Shown here one piece after another: positions 13,197 to 24,603 of a stretch of DNA of 64,000 nucleotides. Source of the stretch: Octopus vulgaris (Eukaryota); contig OX597832.1 in assembly GCA_951406725.2 (NCBI GenBank), positions 40,300,001-40,364,000 on the forward strand, read 5' to 3'. Position 1 is the stretch's first letter. Every line of letters begins with the position of its first letter. The position numbers and the translations under genes were made by a program. The notes below the pieces were generated by a model, which was not told where the DNA came from, did no database searches, and saw only the letters and a program-made list of their open reading frames with translations.

Positions 13197-13350
13197 ATTT
13201 GGTAATTTGTGTTAGCATTAAAGGGTTTCTGCCTTTGAGTAAAAGTAGGCAATAAGAAGTGTTTGTAGGAGATTTGGTAATTTGTGTTAGCATTAAAGGG
13301 TTTCTGCCTTTGAGTAAAAGTAGGCAATAAGAAGTGTTTGTAGGAGATTT
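13197..13350. repeat. 75-bp tandem duplication
   Basis: Two copies of ATTTGGTAATTTGTGTTAGC...GTTTGTAGGAG. Confidence 0.9.
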
Positions 13351-13617
13351 GATGCCTTGTAATTAATAAGACTTGATTGTTGAATATGGAAGATTTTTAA
13401 AAGATGGAGACAGATAAGTCTGTTGTGATCTGCTGAATGTGCAATGTTAACAAATGCAAACAACCAAGAGCATAAATGTGCTCAGAGCGTAGCTGGGTTT
13501 TAAGGCCCACATCTGATGTATGTAGGAAAGATAATTGTAAGACTCTTCTTCCTAGAGGAGGTAATGGTGACATTACTGCAACGAGATAATTCCTACCTTC
13601 CAGAAGTGCTTAAACTA

Positions 13618-13990
13618 TCATCGAGATTGAATTAACTGTGTTGTAGGCAAACAGAGTTGACATTTCCTCACTAGCTAAAGAAAACCAAATATCAGGTCTT
13701 AGTCACTGAAATATATATCAAGGGATGGCACACAGCCTCATTCCCTATTGAAGTCAGCTGCTGTGGCTTTCCAGTAAGATCAATGCATTATTTCCTGCAA
13801 AAGATTGATCAGGAAACACAGACCACTGAAGAAAATGAAATTTGTCAAGAAGATAGGCAAGGCAGCTGAAACCAGCTCAGGTTGGCTGTGATTAACAAGA
13901 AATTGTCAATAAAAACCTTCCGAAAAACAAAGACTTTTTCAATCCCTGCTGCCCAACTCAGGCTAAGTGTACCAGTTAAGGAACGAAATG
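13618..13990 (+). mobile_element. Decayed non-LTR retrotransposon 3' end with restriction-like endonuclease (HERO/NeSL/R4-type)
   Basis: Frameshifted translation IELTV...KTKYQVLV...GWHTASFPIEVSCCGFP...IGKAAETSSGWL matches the RLE C-terminus pattern. Confidence 0.65.
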
Positions 13991-14297
13991 CTTGTGACCC
14001 TGAAACCCCTGCCGATGGTACAGAAGGGTTTCCTACATTGCAATAGATTCAGAAGAAAAGCCTGCAATATGCTTATGAATAGCTCCTACAGTTTCTGTAA
14101 TGGGGCAAAGCATCTCCAATGTTTATTTCACCTGTTAATGGTATGAAGCTGTTATGAATCTTGTTTTTGTATTTCATGTTCTTTACAGTTTGTGACATCT
14201 TGTACCCACATATGCTTATATATATATATATGCAATATATGCATATATATATTTTTTATATTATTATTCAATTGAACGCTACACATCCATTTCCAAG

Positions 14298-14349
<52 letters not shown>

Positions 14350-14501
14350 TGTGTATATATGTGTGTGTATGTATATGTGTGTATGTATATATGTGTGTAT
14401 GTATATGTGTGTATGTATATGTGTGTATGTATATGTGTGTGTATATATGTGTGTGTATGTGTATATGTGTATGTATATATATATGTATATATATGTATAT
14501 A

Positions 14502-14577
<76 letters not shown>

Positions 14578-14778
14578 ATATAGCAGGTCAGCAACTATGT
14601 GGTGATTCCATTGTTGGCACATGGAATCCTTGGTTTTCATTACTACCATCTTTAGCTCCCGCCACAAAATCTAAGTATCCATCTTCTGTGGTCCCAACTA
14701 ACCTTAATTCCTTCCCTCAACTTTATTTATTGGTTTGCCATGTTTTCAAATATTTCTTCTTAATCAATTTCATTCCAG

Positions 14779-14971
14779 CAATGGATTGCTTGATCCTTGG
14801 TCAGCCTTTGGAGTCCTTAAAAATATTTCTGACACCCTGATATCTGTCATCATTCCTGAAGGAGCACACCATTTGGATCTGAGATTCAAGAATATTGATG
14901 ACCCACCATCTGTAACAGAGGCAAGGAATATCGAGCAGATGCACATAAGAAAATGGCTGAAGTCAAAATAA
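14779..14971 (+). CDS. PRCP: PRCP terminal coding exon with catalytic Asp and His (NGLLDPW...GAHHLDLR)
   Basis: CAG acceptor ending at 14778; the split codon AG|C gives Ser. TAA stop at 14969-14971. Confidence 0.96.
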
Positions 14972-15049
14972 ATCCTAAAATATGTGGACATTTTGTTTTG
15001 AAATATAGACATTTTTCAATTTCAATAATTCATTGTAAGATTTTTTACC

Positions 15050-15055
15050 AATAAA
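15050..15055 (+). terminator. Candidate polyadenylation signal of PRCP
   Basis: AATAAA about 80 nt after the stop. Another AATAAA overlaps the stop at 14967-14972. Confidence 0.5.
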
Positions 15056-15099
15056 GTTAGTATTTTTCTAGTAATTTCACAAACACTCACATAATAATC

Positions 15100-16270
15100 A
15101 TAATAAAAAAATAATAATAATAATAATGATGATGACAATGATGAAATTCTTGTGTATAGTGCTCAGGTGCACTACAACTCATCAGAACTGCATGTACAGT
15201 ACATAGACTTATGTACAAAAGTCAGGAAAATGAACAGCATGTGAGTCGTGATATACATGTGTGCTTGCGTATGGAGGGGAAGGGGGATATCAGGTGTAGT
15301 GTTGGTGAATTTCAAGAAGCATGGAAGTTTTAAAGGATGCAATGTCTCAGCAACTAACAACTGATGCACGTAGTTTGTTTCACGCTTCAGCAACTCTGAG
15401 TGTCAAAAAATGTTTCTGAAAGTCATGGGAGCTGTGCTGTTTTAGACACATGGAGCTCAAAAATGTGCTCAAGGTGGTTGTTGGTGTAATGGTTAATAAT
15501 TTTGTGGGTGTTTACTAAGTCAGTTACCAAATGTCGGAGCTTCAGTGTATCTATGCCCAGGGAAGCAAGGCATTCGGAGCATGGTAGATGCCTGATGGAG
15601 AGTATTCTCTTTGTTGTACGTCTCTGAACAGTTTCCAGGAGGTGAATGTTCTAAGCAAGATAGGGGTTCCAAACTGGTGATGCAAATTCCAAGTGTGGCT
15701 GCACCATAGCCATATACAACCTTACATAGATAGCTGGAGAACATCTGACAGAGGCCTTGCTGAGTGAAGCCAAGATACCCTTGGCCTTCTTGATAATTTG
15801 TGCTTTGTCCAGCACAAATTACTGCTACCAGTAATGCCCAGGTTGCATTCACAAGAAGACTTCTTGATATTAGTGTTGTGGAGAGAATGTGTGGAAGCTG
15901 GCTTTTTCCTCCCAGAATGCATAGTGGTACACTTGTCCACATCCAGCTTGAGTCACCAGTCTGTGATCCATTGTTGCATTGTCTCCAGGTCCAATTTCAG
16001 GAAAGATCAGTAGTGTTCAGGATCTGTCCTTTTCATCTCAAGGTACAGCTTGATGTCTTCTGCATATTTCAGCATTGTGGTATTCTTTAAGTTGGCATCT
16101 ACGTCATTAATGCATGCAACAAACAAAAGGGGACCAAGAACAGATCCCTGCAGTACACCAGATGATGTCTCATAGGGTGATGAATGCTGTCCTAGAACTG
16201 TGTCTACCACTTTTTGACGGAGAATGAAGGACTCCAACCAGTTAAAAAGATCATCTTTCACACCCATTGC
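15100..16270 (-). mobile_element. 5'-truncated, decayed CR1-type LINE (RT domain to 3' tail)
   Basis: SSGVLQGSVLGPLLF...INDV...LKYAEDIKLY (RT motifs) and the C-terminal HDFQKHFLTLRVAEA*NKL. (ATT)n-type tail; frameshifts and stops. Confidence 0.9.
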
Positions 16271-16271
16271 A

Positions 16272-16355
16272 CTATGATGACTGGATACTCAGCCTATGGA
16301 ATCCTCACTTGACATGATGTTCCAATAGCTGGGATATTCTAGAAACAGCTGTTAG
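16272..16355 (+). ncRNA. Degenerate hammerhead motif, same family as 17741-17816
   Basis: Reads CU-AUGAUGA-CUGGAUACUCAGC...GCUGGGAUAUUCUA-GAAA-CAGCUG-UU-AG. Confidence 0.45.
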
Positions 16356-16542
16356 AAACTGTTTACACCTTTTTATTATGTAGCTAAATTAAATGTTAAG
16401 TCTTGCCAAACCATTTGCCTCTTCATTTCTGTTTAAATCTATGTATATATTAATGTATGCATATATATATATACATAGTTCAAATTTACAGAAAACAAAA
16501 AAATGAAGACAGGTGAAGGAACAAGAAGCAGGTGTATTAGGT

Positions 16543-16574
<32 letters not shown>

Positions 16575-16904
16575 GGAGAGTTTATGGAAAAACTAAAAGA
16601 CGAAGACAAGTGGTGTACAAAACAAAGAGATGATTTAGTATAACGCTCATGAATAGAAAAAGTCTTTAACGTTTCAAGCCTACACTCTTCTACAGAAAGG
16701 GACACAAAAAAAACAAGGAGAGAAAAAAATGTGTGTAGTGGCTAACGGTCTATCATGACATCTGACTCGGACAGGAGGGTCACACACACACACACACATA
16801 TATATATAAGTATAAACTGCATTTATTCCCAAATGCAGAATAATGCTGATAGAACATCAGGAACAGGATAGAATATCCATATTTTGTGGAAAAATTTTGT
16901 CGGC

Positions 16905-16977
16905 AGACAGCCATGAGACTCAAACTCACATTCCTGTGATTACCAGTCAAGTGCTTTACCATTAAGCTAAACTGCTC
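16905..16977 (-). pseudogene. Degenerate tRNA-like sequence (SINE head or tRNA pseudogene)
   Basis: The - strand reads GAGCAGTTTAGCTTAATGGTAAAGCACTTGACTGGTAATCACAGGAATGTGAGTTTGAGTCTCATGGCTGTCT: D-loop and T-loop remnants with imperfect stems. Confidence 0.5.
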
Positions 16978-17336
16978 ACTGACAAATTAATCTGCAATTT
17001 TTGAACTTATAAATCTAGCTTTATAAGACACTGTATGTCAAATTCAAATTATGATAAATGTAAACAAAGTTTGCTTTTAGGAGCACTGAGATGTTTATTT
17101 ATCTGTGTCCTTCAATACATCTCAGTGCTTCTAAACGCAAACTTTGGCTGCTGACAAATTTTTCCACAAAATATGATATTTTATCTTGTTCCTGCTGTTC
17201 TATCTGCATTATTCTGCATTTGAGAATAAATTATTTCCTTATCAGTATCTTTCAATATATCTCGGTGCTTCTAAAAGCAAACTTTGTTTACGTTTATCGT
17301 GATTTAAGTTTATACTTATATATATATATATGTATA

Positions 17337-17379
<43 letters not shown>

Positions 17380-17740
17380 CCTAATACACCTGCTTTTTGT
17401 TCCTTCACCTGTCTTCATTTTTTGTTTTCTGTAAATTTGAACCATGTATATAAATGCTTTTTAGAATAAATTATTTCCTTATCTGTATCTTTCATATATA
17501 TACACTTATATATATATAAAGAATAAAAGGGGCTTGGTTCACCGATGATCTAACTGAATAGGTACGCTTGGTCATCCGTTAGGTTCCAAGTCCACAGCTG
17601 AGGCTGGAGCTAGGGATCCATATTAGGTTTCTGAGTCAGCAGGTATGTATTATATTAGAGGCAAAAGGACAACAAAAACCATGGCAGGACAGGTATCTCA
17701 AGTCGTTTAGAATATCTAATTAGGATAAGGTGAATTTGAA

Positions 17741-17816
17741 GTCTTACAGCTGTTTCTGGAATATCCCAAGTGATAGGCTAGCATGTTTGTACACTGGGTA
17801 TTCCGTCATCAAAAAC
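17741..17816 (-). ncRNA. Degenerate type I hammerhead ribozyme motif (C3 to U)
   Basis: The - strand reads GUUU-UUGAUGA-CGGAAUACCCA...UGGGAUAUUCCA-GAAA-CAGCUG-UA-AGAC. Confidence 0.6.
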
Positions 17817-18840
17817 AAAGGTGAGTATGTATGAAAGTTCCAGACTGGGAAATTCACAGTTTATAAAGGAATAAAACAGTAGACGGAAGAATATAGACAG
17901 GAGAATAAAATTCACAGCTCATCTTCTTCCAGAGGGTATGGAGGCTGGTATGTATTTCCGTGAAGGTATGGGCCCTGCCTTGAAGAGTTTTAGTTGAACC
18001 AATCAACCCCAGTTCTTTTTCTATCAATCGCTAAATTATGGGGATGTAAACAAACCAATACTGGTTATCAAGTAATTGTGGGACAGATGCAAATACACAC
18101 ACAACACACACACACAAAGTAACTACAACAAGCTTCTTTTAGTTTCCATTTTCCAAATCCACTCACAAGGCATTGGTCAGCCCAGGGCTATAGTAGAAGA
18201 CACTTGCCAAAGGTGCCATGCAGTGAGACTGAACCCAAGATCACATGGTTTGGAAAGCAAACTTCTTAACCACACAGCCGTGCCTGTACCTACAATCTAA
18301 TTTATAGATGAAAAAGCAAAGCCAAATTTAATGGGATTTGTACTTGGAAAGTAAAGGATTGTCATCAAACAGTGTAGGTCATTTCGTTTGACTATGTCCA
18401 ATCCTATCTTCAGTAATACCTATTGGATAAGGAGTGAACATTGAAATATTAAACCCTTCCTTCTCTTAATAATTAAGGTTGAGTTTTTGGTTAATGGTTC
18501 ATGGCGGAAGATGTTTTTCTATCAGCTAGATAAATATTGACTCTATCTCCTACTCCTAACTGTTCATCTCTCTCTCTCCTCTATTAGACCCATATGTTGA
18601 GAAGAATTGTGGGAGAATGCCCTGTTAATACTGACTTGCAGATCCTTTCACACAATCATCAGGTCTAATGAGGTTGAGTCATATTGTTAAGTGGCCACCA
18701 GGGTTGATTAGTTGGGCTGGTTGGTTAGGATCTGTGTTTGTGTCTATGTATATCTATCTATATATACATAAACACAAACACATACTTAGCCATATGTGTG
18801 TGTATATGTATACATACATATATCTATCTATCTATCTCTG

Positions 18841-18888
<48 letters not shown>

Positions 18889-20848
18889 TATGGATAAGCA
18901 CATTTACGTATATGTATCTATATCTATATATATGTGTGTGTGTGTGTGTATACACGTTCACAATATATGTATGTATGTAATGTGTAGATGATGTGTGTGT
19001 GTGCATATATATATATATATATATATGAAAACAGACAGATTGATAGAAAAAGAGACTGACAGAATATGGCCGCCTCTGGAGAAGAAAACTGAACAAATAT
19101 TTTTCTTGATGTATATGAAGTAAGGATTCTGTTGATGTTTCACTGATACATCAACCAACATCTGTGTCTAGTATCAACATACACCATCACCACCACCACA
19201 ACCCCCACTGCCGCTATTAACTCTATTACCTCCACCAGTACATTCATAAAACGTAACACATTCACCAGTACCACCACCATCACTAATACAGAACTATCTC
19301 ACCACCACCACAACCATTATTATTATTATTATTATTACAGCAAGTATTGAAGTGTAGTGATGTTATTGTTGTAACCCATTCATATACTTAATGTTTTCCT
19401 CAGGAAATTAAGAAGTGTTTTTCTTTTTTTCATAAGAAAAATAAGGAAACCTCAAGGACACCATAACTTTATTATTTAGCATTGAACGAATGCTTTGCTG
19501 TATTTATTCTGGCCCTTCACCCTTCTGAGTCTGACTCCCACAAAGCTGAAACTTGCTTTTCATTATTCTAGGGTGGATACAACAAAGTATTAGTGGTGTA
19601 CTAAGGACGGCTTTTAATAAGCTAACCACTCACTCAAAATTTGTGACTTGGTGCCTATGTTAGAAGCAGTTATTGAGGGAAGTAGATTGGAAAATCATTA
19701 GAACAGTGATTCCCAAGATGGGGCATTGGTGGAGCCAGGGAAAATTATGGTGGAGTGTGGTGCTGTAGTCACCAGGCACAAGGTTCTCATTGAAGAGATT
19801 CACATTATTATTCTTAGTCAATAATGTACTTTTTTGTACTCAGTACATTATTCTCAATACCAATGTCCCCTGATTGGCTCCTGTGCTGGTGGCATGTAAA
19901 AAGCACCATCCGAATGTGGTCGATGCCAGTGCCCCCTGACTGGCTCCCATGGCAGTGGCATGTAAAAAGTACCTGTTACACTGTCAGAGTGGTTGGCATT
20001 GGGAAGGGCATCCAGCTGTAGAAATCTTGCCAGATCAGATTGGAGCCTGGTGCAGCCACCTGGCTTGCCAGTCCTCAGTCAAACCGTCCAACCCATGCCA
20101 GCATGGAAAGCGGACGTTAAACGATAATGAGGATGATGAGTACTTAATAAGAGTTACTGGTAGATTCTTTTGTATTAAATAATTGAAATAAAGTATTGGT
20201 TACAAATTTTGGCACAAGGCCAGCAAGTTTGGGGAAGGAGTAAATCAATTACATTGACCTCAGTGCATAACTGGTACTTATTTTATCGACCCTGAAAAAA
20301 TGAAAGGTAAAGTTGACCTTGACAGAGTTTGAACTCAGAATGTAAAGATGGACAAAATATTGCTAAGCATTTTACCTGGCCACAGTCAAATGACTGAAAC
20401 AAGTAAAAGAGTAAAAGAGAGGTAATGAGTAGACAGAATCATAAGGGCATCAGAAGAAAAGTTTTCTGGCATTTATTCTGGCTCTTTATGTACCGAGTTC
20501 TAATAACGCCTTGGCCAACTTTGCCTTTCAAAGCTGATAAAATAAAGTAACAGTTAATATATTTGAATAAGTCCCTCCCTGTGTCTTGTACAGTTTGTTT
20601 TTCTTATACAATGTTGATATATAAGACTAACAACGATCACACTGAGAGTGCCTTATGTTATTTTAGTCATAGGGTTACTACAATCTACAAGTAACATGGT
20701 TTAACTTGTGTGAATATTCATCATCATTATCATCATCATTTAATGTCTATTCTCCATGCTGGAATGGGTCGGAATATTCAGTTGAATAATCAGTTGACTA
20801 GTGAATTCAAGTATGATGCAAGAATTTGTATATCTTACAGAGTATATA

Positions 20849-21184
20849 TTCTTTTACTTGTTTCAGTCATTTGACTGTGGCCATGCTGGAGCACCACCTT
20901 TAATCGAGCAACTCGACTCCAGTACTTATTCTATCGGTCTCTTTTGCTGAACTGCTAAGTAACGGGGACATAAACACACCAGCATCAGTTGTCAAGCAAT
21001 GCTAGGGGACAAACACAGACACACAAACACACACACGCATATATATATATATACATATATACAATAGGCTTCTTTCAGTTTCCGTCTACCAAATCCACTC
21101 ACAAGGCTTTGGTCGGCCCGAGGCTATAGTAGAAGACACTTGCCCAAGGTGCCACGCAGTGGGACTGAACCCGGAACCATGTGA
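20849..21184 (-). mobile_element. SINE family A copy
   Basis: Same body and tail. Further copies or fragments lie at about 836-1095, 9175-9360, 17985-18290, 24715-24940 and 33250-33632. Confidence 0.85.
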
Positions 21185-21899
21185 GTTACTATTGGAAATT
21201 ATATACAAGACTGTTTTGTTATAATTGTCTTGAGATGGTTCAGTACGAACAGAAATGTTTCATTTGTAGATTACTATAATTTCAAACACTTTTGAATAAG
21301 ACCAGTATAATATTTTAGATATGAAATTGAGAAAAGATATTAAAAAAAAAAAGGTTATATAATTATATATTACGCGGCAAAAATATCAAACAGAACAGAT
21401 ATATTTCTGGTTAATTATAAATAAACACTCGGTCTTCATTTTTCACATACGTAATTAATTAGATAAACAAAACTATGTCGGCTTGTATATAAAGTTTACC
21501 ATAACTCTGCATTAAGTTTCATTTTCTTAATAGAAACCAGCAGAGTAAAATAGCAACTATAATCAACATGTACAACTAAAACATGTTTTGAATACTAAAG
21601 TGAATTAAACCTGTCATGAATTGCAGTTTACAACATCCAGTTTTAAAAACTCATTTGTCTCTCCCTGCATATTTAAGCTTGTGCTTCATGTTTATTTTAA
21701 GGTAGCCAAGTTGTTGATCTTAGAAACCATGACTTAAAAGTTCTGTACAAAAGCAATTCTGCAACTGTAACATAGAATTAATGATTTTTGGTAATTCCAA
21801 ACGTTATTTTTGCCTTTACAAGATGCCAAATTAAACTTCATAACTACATAAATTTCCAAAACTTATTCCTAAATAATTCAATTAAAAATGTATGCTTGT

Positions 21900-22835
21900 A
21901 TAAAATTTTATAGTTGACAACCTAACAATAATGTAGTTGACGGTACAGCAACTGGGTAGCTGGTAGTGTAACACCTGTATAGCTGACAATGTAACACCTG
22001 TGCAGTTGACAGTGAGATAACTGTGCAATTGGCAGTATAGCAATGGTGCAGTGGTAGTGTAATAACTGTAAATGACAGTGTAACAACAGTGCAGTTGGTA
22101 GTGTAACAATGCAGTTGACAGTGTAATAACTGTGTTGATAGTTTGACAATTTTGAAGTTGACAATGTCACAACTGTATCATTGACAGTCTGACAATATGG
22201 GCATTGACAGTGAAATAACTGTGCAGTTGACAGTTTGACATTTATGGAATTGACAGCGTAATAACTGTGTAGTTGACAGGTTGACAATTCTGGAGTTGAC
22301 AGTGTAATAACTGTGTAGTTGACAGGTTGACAATTCTGGAGTTGACAGTGTAACAACTGTATCATTGACAGTCTGACAATATGGGCATTGACAGTGAAAT
22401 AACTGTGCAGTTGACAGTTTGACATTTATGGAATTGATGGTGTAATAACTGTGTGGTTGACAGGTTGACAATTCTGAAGTTGACAATGTAACAACTGTAT
22501 CATTGACAGTCTGACAATATGGGCATTGACAGTGAAATAACTGTGCAGTTGACAGTTTGACATTTATGGAATTGACAGCATAATAACTGTAGTTGACAGG
22601 TTGACAATTCTGAAGTTGACAGTGTAACAATTGTACCGTTGGCAGTTTGACAGTGTAACAGTGTTACACTGTAACAACTGTACAATATAATACTGGTGAC
22701 AGTGTAACAACTGTGTAGTTGACAGTTTGACAATTTAGGAGTTGGAAGTGTTGCAACAGTATAATGTACAATAACTGTATAATTGACAGTGTAACAACTG
22801 TAGTTAACAGTGTAACAACAGCATAGTTGCCAGTG
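21900..22835. repeat. Complex minisatellite built from TTGACAG subunits with about 135-bp higher-order units
   Basis: The unit ...CAACTGTATCATTGACAGTCTGACAATATGGGCATTGACAGTGAAATAACTGTGCAGTTGACAGTTTGACATTTATGGAATTG... recurs three times between 22170 and 22580. Confidence 0.9.
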
Positions 22836-23885
22836 TATTCATTATTTTGTCAAAATGATAAACATGAAAGTGTGGAAGGAAGTGAAAGTGTCAACTAGAC
22901 AGTTTATTTATAGCCGAGGAATAGCAGTGATAGAAATAGAGTATGACATTTAGAGATACACTGCTGGAAGTTTACAGTTTATGAACTGGGTCAACAGAGC
23001 TCTGTATGTGATTGTGTGCACATGTTTGTGTGTGTGTGTGTGTGTGCATAAGTAGGTATTGTGTGTATGTGAGCAGATATGTGTGTGTTCATGTATGTAT
23101 AGTGATTATATATGAATGAATGTGTGTGTATCTGTGTTTATAAGGGTTGTGTATAAGGAAGTGTATGTTTGGAGAAGTGCTCTATGAACAAAAGTTTGTG
23201 TGTGTATGTGTGTAAAGTGTGTACAATTGAAGAAAGAAAGGTGGTGTTTGGGCAAAAGTGTGTGTGTGAAGAGGTGCTGCATGAGTAAAAGTTTGTGTGT
23301 GTGTATGTATTTTTGTGTGTGTATGTATTTTTGTGTGTGTATGTGTGAGTGAGTGTCTTGTATAGACATACACCTATTCAATGTATAAGATTCCTCATAG
23401 AAGATTCCAGTTTTACCTATATATCCTCTTATCACCGATTTCTCCATACAAACTACATATACAACACAATATTACTTTATAATAAAACATATCATACTAT
23501 GTATGTGTAATGCATACATGTGTGGAGATTTTGCATGTGTGTGTGTGTGTGTATAATTGTTATATATGAGTGAGAGTGCATATGTAGAGAGGTGCTGTAT
23601 GAGTAAAAGTTGTGTGTGTGTGTGATTATTGGAGTGAAGATGCATTATTAAATGGTTACGGGTGTTGATATTACATTCATAAGGTTGTGAGTTCAGTTGC
23701 TGGCCTGAGCAAGGCACTCCATTTCACATTACTCCAGTCTACTCAGCTGTAAATGAGGATCACCTGGCTGCTCTCCCTGCCCCCCACCCAGCCTTTTAGC
23801 TGTCACATCCTTGATGCTCTCCTAGGTCAAGCGTAGATGCCAGCCAAGTGGATGCCTGTGTCTCAACTCTGCTCGTGACTACATA

Positions 23886-24603
23886 TGAGTGGGCACTGAA
23901 AAATTCCTGGGTTTAAGGGGTTTAAGGGTATCACGAAAAGCCTGGTTGGAAGCCCAACCTTCCGAGTATTGGGTTGTCCAGAAAGTTTGTGCTTACCTTT
24001 TGACTTATTTTAGAACATGGTTGAGTCCATAAAATAGGATTTGACTACACCCCCATTCAGAGCACAGTTTAAGCTATCTGTTCGTGGAAGAAGGTTTATG
24101 TTCCTATAACCTGTGTTAATTCTGTACTTGATGCTTTGGGAACCAGACAAAAATTGCCGCAGCTCAGCTGGGATGTGTTACCCCACCCTCCATATTCACC
24201 AGATATTGCTTCTCCGGATTTCCACTTATTCAGGTCTCTGCAGAATAGTCTTAATGGTAAAAATTTCAATTCTTTGGATGACGTAAAATGATACCTTGAT
24301 GAATTCTTTGCCATGAAACCAGCTCAATTCTGGGAAGATAGTATTTTCAAGTTAAAGGAAAGATGGAGATGCATTGTGCAACAAAATGGTTCATATTTGG
24401 TTGATTAAAAATGTAATGGCAAGTATTTATTGACCTTTTTCTTTCCTTTAAAAATTGGCACAAACTTTCCAGACAACCCAAGTTCTTTTACAGGGCTAAG
24501 AAAAACTGAAAGACTGCTAAGAGAATATGTTGTATCAGATCACAATTAACTAATCCTCCCGTATTTTCTTTTACCCAAAGCCATGAACTTTTCAGCGCTC
24601 CCT
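23886..24603. mobile_element. Mariner-derived MITE interrupted by the 23969-24481 mariner
   Basis: CTGAAAAATTCCTGG / CCATGAACTTTTCAG termini. An uninterrupted copy lies in the opposite orientation at 12248-12450. Confidence 0.7.
23969..24481 (+). mobile_element. Internally deleted mariner element
   Basis: About 24-bp TIRs (TTGGGTTGTCCAGAAAGTTTGTGC / GCACAAACTTTCCAGACAACCCAA). Encodes the transposase C-terminus LPHPPYSPDIASPDFHLFRSLQN...ERWRCIVQQNGSY. Confidence 0.9.

Noticed and set aside
14152-14840. Numerous YIYI/VCVC ORFs (also at 29683-30296 and 18668-19161)
   Set aside because: Artefacts of (TA)n and (TG)n microsatellites.
16905-16977. Functional tRNA-Thr(GGT) gene
   Set aside because: The acceptor and anticodon stems are mismatched and the T-loop lacks TTC, so it is treated as a pseudogene or SINE head.
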